Shown one piece after another: positions 1 through 10,670 of a stretch of DNA of 64,000 nucleotides. The notes beneath the pieces are model-generated. The model saw only the letters and a list, made by a program, of their open reading frames with translations. It did no database searches and was not told where the DNA came from. Origin of the DNA: Bilabrum cf. latius. Its lineage: Eukaryota. Both the position numbers and the translations under genes were made by a program. Location of the stretch: NCBI GenBank assembly GCA_965178125.1, contig OZ237756.1, positions 124,001 through 188,000 of the forward strand, in the 5' to 3' direction. Position 1 is the first letter of the stretch. Every line of letters begins with the position of its first letter.

Positions 1-2115
1 AATGCATCGATATACATCCTACGCGGCGACATTGTGAATCTGGCTCAGCGGGCTCGCCTGCTGCCGCCAGCTGGCGTGGTGCTGGAGGTGGGCAGCTTCC
101 ACGGCATGAGCGCGATGACGATGCTCATTGCACTGCGACGTAGGGGCAACTGGGCAGCACGGGTCCTATCGGTGGACCTGTGGATGGACCCGGATGATGC
201 GCAGAGCGCAGCCGCATCGGATTCCAGCCAGCAGTGGTACGCTTTCTAGCCCGCATGGCACAGGGCCCGGCACGTGGATGCATACACCGGCATGGTGGCT
301 TCTTCAGGTGCGGGTCACCAGGCGTACATGCTGAGGATGCACTCGGTGCAGGCGGCCTCGTTTGTTCCCCGGGGAACAGTGGATCTGCTGTTCATCGACG
401 GTGACCACTCCAAGGCGGGGGCCTACGCAGACATGGCTGCGTGGATGCCCACGGTGGACAGAAGGACGGTTGTGGCCGGCGGGGCGGCGGATGGTGATGG
501 TGGGAGGGACGACCCGAAGCCCAACGAGCTGCTCATGGGGGGCCGGGTGCTGCTGCACGATGGCTCGCCCAGTCTGCATCTTCGCTGTGGGCGTGGGCGG
601 GAGAGGCCATGTGCTGGACACGTGAGGGAGCAAATGGAGGCAGGGCAGTTGTCTGGCACCGGAGAGTAGGAGTTCGGTGTGATTGCTGCCGCATCGCAGC
701 TGTGCTCGTTGCACCAGCAGTGCTCAGTGATCACCACGCAGAATACGTAGGTGTACGGGCATCGAGCTATTCGGTTCTCATCAGCGGCAGGTGATGCAGC
801 GATGCGGTCCATTGGATGGAACTCGACCCAGCTAGCCTTGGATCTTGCTGGGGCTGGCGAGCCTCGCACGTTCTGGCCGTTGTCGCCTGTGGCAAGTGCG
901 GCCGGCCAGCTCACAGAACCTTCGCGACAGCTTACCTTGCAATTTCCACTGGAAAGCAGCGCGATGTCAGAGATCGTGTCACCGGCATGGACCATGCGAG
1001 CCTGTGTGGAGGACCTTGATGCATCCGGAGGCGGCGCAACTCCTAGCAGCAAGAACGGCTTGCCCCCTGGCACATCCGGTATCATCCGCTACCGCACCTC
1101 GCATCAGGCGCTTGCAGGTCCGTACAGGAGTATCGCTGCAGCGCTCGCCATGGTGTCCGTCGCTGCATCGACAGAGCGGGGAGCGGAGGACGGCCCCAGT
1201 GTCAGCAGGGACAGCGCACAGTCGATCATGCTGGAAGGGTGCAACTGCCCGTTGACCTCATCGGAGAACGTGATGGCGTCTGTGGTTGCTGCTGCTGGCG
1301 CTGAGTCTGTCGCAGATGGATCCACCGGGGCAGCTGGCGCAGGGTCAGACCCGAGGCACCTTGTGAATGAAGTATTGAGGCAGCTGATGGGCTTCAAGGG
1401 GTCATATCCCGCGGACTGGTCCGAAGCGGTGCAAGCCATGGGGCAAATCGCGTCCAGAGTAGCGGGGCGAGCGGCGGACATGTGCTGCAGGATGCCCATC
1501 GAGTACGACAGAGCAGCTAGCGCACCTGTCGGGCCGGTGGGTGCAGCTGAGGCCAATGTGTTGGACATGGACGGGCAGCCTATCCATGGGTGGCACAGCC
1601 TAGCATCCACTGTGCCACTGAGTAAGACGACAGGAATTCCTAGGTGCAACAAGATTGAGATAGCTGAGAGCGCTGTTGTGGACATCGCTGCCAGTGCAGG
1701 GAGGCCCAACCAAGGCATGCCACTGGCTCTGCCCAGCGAGTCGCAAGGTGCACTGAAGACTGAATCTGCGAGTGATGTGGGTCATGCGCGCACGACGACT
1801 GTACAGTCTGTGTGGGGCTCTCGGTCGGCTCTGAAGGGTGTCTTGCAGTCCCAGCGGTTCGCGCTTCAGGATCACGACGAGCCGATCATGTGGAGCTTGC
1901 GGGACAGCCCTCTAACCGCGTGGGCAGAGGCATGCGGTGTGCATGGGAGCGGCCCTGAGAGCATAAGTGAGGCTGGAGACAGTGCAATGTTGGGCGCATG
2001 TGCTGCTTTGAGAGGGCGGCAGATTGAAGGTGCCGGCAAGCAGCCTATAGTGGATCGGGTTGCGTCCCACCCTTCTCTGCCAGCTTATGTGATCCCTGAA
2101 CGTTGGCGACAATGA
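1..2115 (+). CDS. Class I SAM-dependent methyltransferase (Methyltransf_24-like) with long C-terminal extension; 5'-partial
   Basis: ORFs 34..249, 274..669 and 751..2115 share one frame, separated only by TAG (247, 667, 748), and end at TGA 2113-2115. Motifs VLEVGSFHGMSA, VDLLFIDGDHS and GGRVLLHD. The frame is open to base 1. Confidence 0.75.
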
Positions 2116-3187
2116 GTCAGTCTTGAAGTCCCTTGGATTCCCCGTCGGTGAGGCCAATCAGTTCTCTGGGATTTAGGTCACGCGTTGGGTACAGTAACAG
2201 TCCGAGGTGCAGGATCAGATGCGAAGCAGCGAAGCGGGGGAGGGATCGGTCGAAGAGGCCAGTCCAGCGACGCACGAGCCAGGAACGGCAATCATGATGG
2301 GTGAGAAGTACGAGGGCCTAGGAGAGAAGGATGTTGTCTTTGCTGCATGGTAGCTGCATTAAATGCCGATGCCCAGCTACACGTGTCCTCGTTTGAAAGT
2401 TGAAAGATCTAGCAAGCGCTGCTCCTCACCGCCCGTACAGCACACGGCTCGACTGGCTCAAGTCTCATTGTGACCTACCTTGTTCCCCACCTGCAAGTGC
2501 TCGGGTGATCCGATCCGGAGCCACTCCGATCACTCAGAGCCGCCCCCATCCGGACCACCTGTTACCCGGCACCCACACTTCAACCTGCCCCGTCTGAGTC
2601 TCCCACTTCCTATCCCTCGTAGCAACCAGAGGACCTCACCAGCCGCCTTCTCTATTTACCCTCCTCCTGCATGTTGTTCCATCATCCCTATCTCCTCCAC
2701 TTAATTGGATAACTATTAAATGGCGCCGCGATCCAATCCACCGATGGCAACGGAACCAACGCATCCGCGAGGTCAATCAATCCAAACATAACTCGGCCAA
2801 GCCAAAAACCAACTCGTGCTTTCCGGCTTGTTGCAGCCATGCAGCTATCTACAAACTGTGTGTCCGGGTGGCTTCTCATGTTGATCTGATACTCCTTCTG
2901 GCGGGCGGCACGGTCGAGGCTATACTCGTGAGCCGCGCTGATGGGCCGGGACAACCTTCGGGCCACGAGCTCTTTTCATGTGTTGTTGATGTAGTGTCTG
3001 CCCTTTGCAATGACCAGTTGCATCCTATGGATCGAGCTGCGCGTGTCAGTGAGCATGCCGACTCCCTAGCACAAGATCCACCACACCGGATCTGAGGATC
3101 TGATCTGGATATGGCAAGTCAAAATTTGTACGGCAGGAGTCTTCACACGACGCAAAATGATTCGTAGACTCTAGCATTGCCTGCAAA

Positions 3188-6100
3188 TCAACCAGTAGAG
3201 TAATTGGCCACCATTCGGTCCACACCATCATCGCCCACGGCAAGCAGCACGGTCAAGCGGTCCCCATCCTTGATCGTGCCCAGCTCGTCCTCCAGCAGCT
3301 CCAGCGCCATGCGTCGGACTGCCGATGTGCTCACAGCATCACCCACCAACAGCCGCCGCCCCTTGGCCTTGCTGCCGCGGAACACCACCATGGAGGCAGG
3401 GCCGCAGTCTACCAGCTACTTGGTGGACCGTCGCAGTTCGCTAAAATGTGCGTCACGACCTAGCTTGGCTGCAGCGCTGGCCCTGGCACAGCTCTTGTAC
3501 ACGTCCCGCACATTGGCGGCGACCATATTCATCTAAACCGTCACACGCTTGAAGACATCATCGTCGGCGTCCATTGGCCCACATGCGATCGTGACTCCGA
3601 TCTGTTCCCCGGAGCCGGCGCCCGCCCTGGTGGAGCGCCGGGGCCGAGAGGAGCCCACGGATGCCCTGCGGCCTCCTCTTGCCTGTCTCCTAGGCGCTTG
3701 CTCCGCCTCCGCATCGTCCTCGTCCTCGTCCCCGTCCTCGTCATCGTCGCGCTCTTCATCGTCGTCCCTGCTACTCATCGCAGGACGGCCCCTAGACCTG
3801 GAGCGGGTCATCGCGGGAGAGGGCGCGCCCCTGCGAGCAGCATTCCCTGACTTTGATTTGCCACCGCCTTTCGCGCGACCCCTGGCCGGAGGCATAGCGG
3901 CTCCTTTCCTCTTTGCCTTCGACTACGGTCTAGCCCTACCCTTGCCCTTGCCCGGCTTCCTCCCCTCATCCTCCATGGCCAGAGCCAGCTCCTCCAAGTC
4001 CTCGCCGCTCACGATGCACCCGTCCAGCCGCCTCCTCGCAGCCTTGAGCGACACCCCGTATTCTTCCTCCAGCTCGCCCTGCAGCTCCTCCAGGCCTTGC
4101 AGCAGGGCCTCTTCCCCCGCCTCCATGCCAGCCTCCTCCGCCCGCCGACTGGACCTGCCTCTCCTCCTCGCCCGCCTCGTGGCCCGGTCAGCGGCCCTCT
4201 CGGCTGCATCCAGCACGTCCTCGGCCCCGCGGACCAGGGCTACGGCCGCTGCGTTCGAAGCACTGGGGCCGGCGGAGGCAGCTGTCTCATCCTCGTCCTC
4301 ATCCTCCTCGTCGTATTTGCGTGATCCCTTGCGAGAGCCTCGCTTGGACTTGTCCTGGACCCCACCACGAGACTTCGCCTTGGTCACGGCATCATCCTCC
4401 TCCTCCTCGTCTTCCTCTTGATCGCTTCCGCTGTCAGCTGCCGTATTTCGGTCGTTTCCCTTGCTACTTCTCTTACCCCCTCCACTCTTGCTCTGCTTCT
4501 TCTTGGACCGCTTCCCGCTGGCGGCGATCTGCCGCATGTCGCGGAGAACTTCTGGCCCATCACTGTCACTATCGCTATCGCTTCCTGCAGCTGCAGCCCT
4601 GGCGCCACCAGCCCGCCGCCTCTTGACTCTGCCCCTCCGACCGTGTCCAGCACCTTCCTCTTCCTCGTCCTCCGCGTCGCTACCGCTGCCACTATCACTT
4701 TCGCTGCCATCTGACCCGCTGCTCGCCTGCTCCTGGTCCTCGTCGTCTCCAGACCCTGATCCTCGCCGTCCCCGTCCCCGTCCCCGCCCTCGTCCGCGCC
4801 TTGCAGGCCCCGACCCCTCAAGCCGGCCCAGCAGCTCTTTCCCCTGCTCTGCTCGCATGAGATCGTAGGCGTCCAGCTGCAGACCCGTGGTGCTGCCGAT
4901 GCCCTCAATCCCCGCATACTTCCCTAGGTTCGAGAGCGTCTGGTTGAACACCCGCACGAGCACTCGGACGCGAGGCAGATCCTGCCATCGGATGGATGCG
5001 GCAGAGGAAGAGGAAGAGGAAGAGGAAGAGGAAGAGGAAGAGGAAGAGGAAGAGGAAGAGGAAGAGGAAGAGGAAGAGGAAGAGGAAGAGGAAGAGGAAG
5101 AGGAAGAGGAAGAGGAAGAGGAAGAGGAAGAAGCAGCAGCGCTGCTGCTTCCAGTGGCTTGCCTCCTCCGATTTCGGTGGCGCCTCGCCCTCTTCCGCTT
5201 CATCTTTCTCCTCCTTTTCCTTTTTGCACCACTGCTGTCGCTGTCGCTGTCTGAACCAGACGAGGAGCTGTCACTGCTGGTGCGGGAACTTCGGCTGCTG
5301 GTGCTAGACATCGACGATGAATCGCTGCTGCTACTACTGTCGCTATCGCTGCTGCTGCTCCCCTTGTCTTCCTCCTTGCTCGAGCCAGCCCCCGCTCCCG
5401 CTCCCGCTCCTATCCCCATGACCGAGAGACTCACCTCTCGTTCGAAGGAGATCGAGCTGCGCTCCGTCCGCGACACGAAAGGAACCTTCTCTAGCCTCGC
5501 GTCGAAGGCTCGCCTCGCCTGCGACTCGGCCTGCATCAGCGACTGCTGCAGCACCCTGGCATGCAGCCCACTGACCGAGTCCGTCACCAGTACCCACTCC
5601 CTCGAGCTGCCCAGCGACTCACCGAAGGAACCCGGCGGTGCCACCCCGAGGCCCCCGCTCCCCGCGATGGCGAACGTGATGGTCCTGGCAGGCACCCTCC
5701 CGCTGGCCTCCTCAGCCGCGTCCCTGTTGGACTGCACGGCCTGAAGCCCCCCCTCCCCACCCGCCTTCTCCACCCTGATCTCCCCGTCTGGTGCCACCAC
5801 TATCTTCTGGCCTGAGCGCACCACCTGCGCCAGTCGGTCGAAGAGTGCCCTCACACGCACGTCCCTCTGCGACATGGCCTTGCGCCGTAGCCCGAATTCG
5901 AACCGCGGAGGCACGCCACGCTGGTTGAGCACGGGCCGCAGCCACTCCTCGTACGTGGCGGGGAACAGGATCCGCCCGTCCGGCACAGTCATGGTGTTGA
6001 TGGTCGCCGCCACGCGCACCTGCGCCTCTGCGAGGTCACCGATCAGCTGCCTCTCCTCCTGTCCCAGCTGCGCGAAGGTTGCGTCGTCGTCGTCCGCCTC

Positions 6101-7433
6101 CACGTCCCTCATCCACACGGGGTGTCCGTCTAGCAGCACCTGCCAGGCCTGCGCCTCGGTGGGGGGCGCCTGTCTGTTCCTCCTTGCCTCCTCCTGCATC
6201 TCCTCCCTCACCGCCCGCAGGCAGTACTTGACTCTGTCGGCCAGGTCCTGCTCCGTGCGACGGGGCAGCAGATGGCCCTCGCGGATGCCCTTGAGCCCGC
6301 ACGCGATCATGTCGGCAGCGCGGGGTCGAATCCCGTTGACGCTCTTGATGAACTGCATCACGTAGTCCACCTCCCTCTGACGGAAGGCCATCCGCCGGCC
6401 GTGCCTGAAAGCGATCCGCCCAGCGGTGCTATGGAATCCGCCCAACCCTGCCCCTGCCCCTGCCCCTGCCCCTGCCACCGCACCTGCAGCCCCAGACCCG
6501 CCCGCTAGCACTGCACCAGCCCCCACTGCACCAGCCCCCGCCCGGCCCGATCCCCCGCTCGACGGCCGTCGTCTCCCACGTGCGCTTCCACTCCCGTTTC
6601 TCTGCTTGCTCCCGCCCCGCTTGCTGCGCCCGAGATCATGTTGAATAAGGTCCCTTCTCTCCGCTGCTTCCTCGAGAGTCGCGTTGTGATCCCCCTCTTC
6701 CTCCTCCTCCTCCTCGCCGTCTTCGTCAATCGCGCTGCCAGACCCCCTGTCCTTTCTCTTACTGGCCCTCGCTCCGGCGGCTGCCTCGTCGTCCCGGTGC
6801 CTTGGCTCCACCTCCTCCTCCTCCTCTTCGTCGTTGTCGCCCTTGGCCTCTTCGTCGAAGCCTGCCACTGCGCCATCGTCCGAGTCGTCCGCAGTCCCGG
6901 CTGCAGACGCCCTGTTTCGCCTGGGCCTGCGCTTGTATTCATCTTCCCCTGGCAACGCCAAGTCACTGTCTTCCATGGATGGACTGCCGGCTTCTTGAGC
7001 TTCGCCATCTTCCTCCTCGTCATCAGAGGATCCACGGATCGCGGCTCGTGTAGGTGATGATTTTGCTTTCGAGGACCCCCCTACGCGCCTACTTTTTACG
7101 ATGCCCTCTGCTTTGCTGCCAGATTCGTCAAGCCCTCTGGCTTGATCTTGCTCGTCAATACTCTGCTGCGAAGCGGCAGCCGCTTCCTCACGTTTTCTCT
7201 AGGCTGCAAAATGTAGTGTATACACGACTAGGAATTGGGTGGAAGGTAACAAGGCGTGCGTAAGTCGACCGAGGTTGAGGCAGGTACGAGCAGTTCAGGA
7301 CCAGGTGCAACTGCATGAAGCAGAGGGTGCTGCGAAGCTGTGCCTGCAATGAGTGAACGAGGTCCGTGTTTCCCAACAGATGCAAATATTAAGTTCCAAT
7401 TTACTTACATCTGGTACGTTTGGCCCCTGGCAT
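3188..7433 (-). CDS. Large acidic/Ser/Arg-rich low-complexity protein with a possible Myb/SANT-like segment (probably nuclear)
   Basis: ORFs 3923..6976, 3533..3895 and 3188..3391 are one frame joined by TAGs, ending at TGA 3188-3190. Predicted exon 1 7433-7409 (MPGAKRTR), intron 7408-7204 (GTAAGT...TTTGCAG). Segment FRQREVDYV...PRRTEQDLADRVKY weakly resembles Myb. Contains basic NLS-like runs. Confidence 0.65.
5004..5129 (+). repeat. Perfect (GAGGAA)21 hexamer microsatellite encoding poly-Ser on the minus strand
   Basis: Directly visible; lies inside the 3188..7433 CDS. Confidence 0.95.
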
Positions 7434-7565
7434 GCTGCTCGGTGGCCTAGTGGTGGTACTTTTTCAAACGGCGCTAGTTTCTGCACGCAACTGGTCTACA
7501 CGCCAAAATGCGATTTACGCTGCTCACTCGAGAATTGCATCAATCTCACAAGGTCTCCAGCGAAT
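7434..7565. promoter_or_regulatory. Probable compact bidirectional promoter (132 bp between divergent ATGs)
   Basis: Inferred from the divergent starts at 7433(-) and 7566(+); AT-richer than the flanking CDS. No specific motif identified. Confidence 0.45.
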
Positions 7566-8950
7566 ATGGCCGCAGCAGGCGGAGCTAGTTCAAAAATGGT
7601 TGATGATGGCGCTGAATTGGCTGCGGATGAGGTCGTAGATGTATTGTAGGCAGAGGAAAAGAAACTCGGTATTGCTTAGCGAATCGGCGACATCATGCAC
7701 TTGCTTCGACTTCCAGAATCTGAGGTGCCATCAGCCGAAAAAGAGGAACAGAGAAATGAATTGCTTGATATCATCAAAGAACGAGGTGAGGGCACTTCTG
7801 GACCCAACTTTCGTTGGCCGGCCAAGCAGAGCGACGCCTGCCATCCTCGATCCCTGGCGTCGCCACTAGTAGCCTTCGGATACGTTCTGTGGATATTTTT
7901 TGTACCGAACTCCTCTGATTCGCAGGTATGGCCCCGCTCTGGGAAAAGTACGGTAGCGAACTGGGCCTCCCTTCCGGTGGCCCAGATTTCGATGGCATCA
8001 AGAAAGCAAACGAAGAAAAGGTGAAGGAATTGGAAGAAAAGATCGAGGATGCGAAGGAGAACTACGGAGATGCCGAGGTATTCGAGGGCATGAAGGATCT
8101 CGCGGAGCACGTGGCCCGAACGGGTGACGTGGAGGCCGCCGTGGAGGCATACGATGCCATCCCGACCAAGCTGTGCTCGACGGGCCAGCGCGTGGACTTG
8201 GAGATGGGCAAGACCCTGCTGCACTTCATGGTGGGCGACGCTCGATCCGCCCGCGCTACTCTCACCCGGGCCCAGGAACTCAACGAGAAGGGCGGCGACT
8301 GGGACAGGAGGAACCGAATGCAGGTGTACGAGGCCGCGTACAAGATCATGGCCAGAGACTTCGAGGGCGCTGCCGCCCTGCTTCTGGACAGCATCGCCAC
8401 GTACACCTGCTACGAGATGTTCGACTACAAGCGCTTCGTCTTCTTCACGGTCATCTGCTCGCTCCTCACCCAAGACCGGCCTGTGCTCAAGCGACAGGTC
8501 GTGGACTCGCCGGACGTCAGGGCCGTGCTGGACGAGCTGGGCCCGCTCAAGCCGCTGCTGCACTCCTTCCACGAGTGCAAGTTCGACCAGTTCATGGCGG
8601 CGCTCGTGGCGACACACCCGCTCATCCTGAGGGATAGGTTCTTGCGGGTGCACGCCAGCCACATGGTGCGCGTGCTGCGAGTCCGTGCCTACAGGCAGTT
8701 CCTTGGGGCCTACAAGACGGTCACGGTGGAGGGCATGTCCAAGGCATTCGGCGTGGGGACTGATTTCTTGGACAAGGAGCTGAGCGGGTGCATCGCCAGC
8801 GGGAAGCTGAGCGCCAAGATCGACAAGGTGGAGGGCGTGGTGGAGGTCACGCGGCCCGATGCCAAGAGCGCGCTGTACGGGGAGCTGCTCAAGAGCGGGG
8901 ATGCCCTCATCAACAAGATGCAGCGGCTTACCAGGTTCGTGAACGTGTAA
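7566..8950 (+). CDS. RPN7: 26S proteasome regulatory subunit RPN7/PSMD6
   Basis: Motifs GGDWDRRNRMQVY, LLDSIATYT, KLSAKIDKVEGVV and GDALINKMQRLTRFVNV. Exon 1 7566-7785 has TAGs at 7647 and 7677; intron 7786-7925 (GTGAGG...CGCAG). Ends at TAA 8948-8950. Confidence 0.95.
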
Positions 8951-9004
8951 ATGCAGCCTATACATGACCATATCGTAATCATCGTGCACGGAGGCAAACC
9001 TATT

Positions 9005-9928
9005 TCACGATACGCAGCACACCGCGCATCCCTGCGACGTCGCTGCAATCGCTGGGTCGCTAGAATTGCTAGGCTATGGACAGGGATCAGCATCTGGAAC
9101 AGGATCGGGATCTTTTCTCGGGGCCGCCCTCGTTGCCCTCGGCGCTGTGCCCTCCCAGTTGTCGTTGTGGCCGATTACCGTGGGCAGGTCCTCGCACAGC
9201 ATCCAGGGCTCGCGCCTGACTGCATCCAGAGCCTCAATGGCGCCGTCCCTGGCGACCTCCCAGCACGCTCTGCCCCCATGATCCCTCCCTCTCAGGTACA
9301 GGTCAGCGTTTTGCAAACCGTCAGCCAGTGCCCAGACGCAATCCCCGTGTCCCCCGGCGCATGCCGCCGTCAGCGCGTTCCAGCCATCCGAAGCGCGCAG
9401 TTTCTCATCTGGATCCGCATCATTCGCACTATCCGTTGCTGGTATACTCCCCGCGAATGTGTGCCCCCCCGCCAGCTTGCCCAGCCTTAGACGCTTGGCC
9501 AGCTCCAGAGGCCTGCCCTCGCTGGCTGCCTGGAACACCATCGCAGCATCTCGCTTGGCCTCCACTGCTCTCCTCCAGTGCAGCATGTGTCGCATGCGCT
9601 TCCTGAACGGGTTGTAGTACTGCACTCCTTTCAGCTGGTATCCTCGCTGTGGCAGCTCCGAGAACATCGATCGGAGCCATGCCTCATGGTCCAACGTCCC
9701 GTGCCGCTCTACCAGCCCGAGCAAGTACTGCTTCTCGACGTCTGTCCAAGTTGGCCCCTCGTCTTCATACAATTGCGACCTACGGAATGCCTCCTCCATA
9801 AACCAGTTCTTGTATCCGATTTCCTTGTAAACCCCGATGCTACGCAAGCAGGAACGGCCGTGCAGGAGCACCACGATAGCCTCGAAGCTCCGATACATGA
9901 CCGCTTGACAGAAGGTGTTATCATGCAC
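9005..9928 (-). CDS. Myb-like plus ankyrin-repeat protein; 5' exons unresolved (probably up to about 10550)
   Basis: WTDVEKQYLLGLVERHG is Myb-like and DGWNALTAACAGGHGDCVWAL is ankyrin-like. TAG at 9074 reads through to TGA 9005-9007, giving a C-terminal GCAVCCVS. Confidence 0.6.
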
Positions 9929-10670
9929 ATACAGCTACGAGGGGTACACAGATACACATAAGATGCTTACACGTACCTGCAGATGGACCAAGTGGATTCG
10001 ATTGCCTGATCTAGAGTCACACGCTCACTCTACTCCAGCTTTGTTTACAGAGCTGCCTGAAAAACAGGAACCATTCAAGCCGATCACGTATATTTCCTCG
10101 TATATGACCCACCCTTTGATAGTAACATTCCCTGTATTCCTTCGAATTCTGTCGTATCGCCGCCGCCCCTGGGTCAACTGCGTGGGTGCTCTGGGAAGCT
10201 AGTGGTAGCACAGGGGACGCAACGACTCAAGTATTAATGCTAGCGCCAAGTCCAACAAATTCAGATTCCGCGTGATATATATTGCTCACTGCGTTGCAAT
10301 CCAAGTGTCCACCATTGGTAGCCATGCAAGAGCCAAATTCATGCGGGTACCTTCTACCCATGCGCATCACTTTCGCCCTCAGCCAAAAGTCCTGCAAGTT
10401 GGAATATCAAATGACCACAGGAAATTCCAACGTTTCATGCAGATACTGCAGCTATGGAGAGGAAATCTGATGCGATATCGGACATACCTTCGTAAAACCT
10501 CTGCGACAGAGTCGGCAAACAATTCGCCCTGCTGGTCTGCGCAAGACATCACAAACCATATCATCCTTGACAGTTTTATAGACCAACGAAATCATATGAC
10601 AGCTGCACGACTGCTACACACAATATATAATTGGAAGAGAACGTTCCGTGATAAAGCTTCGGAACCGTCG

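Noticed and set aside
2401-2735. Possible LTR plus primer-binding site (TG at 2401; TGGCGCC at 2721)
   Set aside because: There is no CA terminus before the motif, no second LTR and no gag/pol sequence.
4887-5744. Plus-strand ORF with poly-Glu (and alternate poly-KR frame)
   Set aside because: Antisense reading of the poly-Ser repeat; the minus-strand frame is far longer and has a plausible start and intron.
7676-8989. Long antisense ORFs (also 27379..28941 -, 42987..44171 -, 45302..46414 +, 49167..50321 +)
   Set aside because: These are shadows of GC3-rich sense genes and contain no recognisable motifs.
8948-9490. Ciliate-type table 6 code (TAA also Gln), extending RPN7 through ORF 8951..9490
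   Set aside because: RPN7 is complete at the TAA, the extension would overlap the opposite-strand gene, and no internal in-frame TAA was seen.
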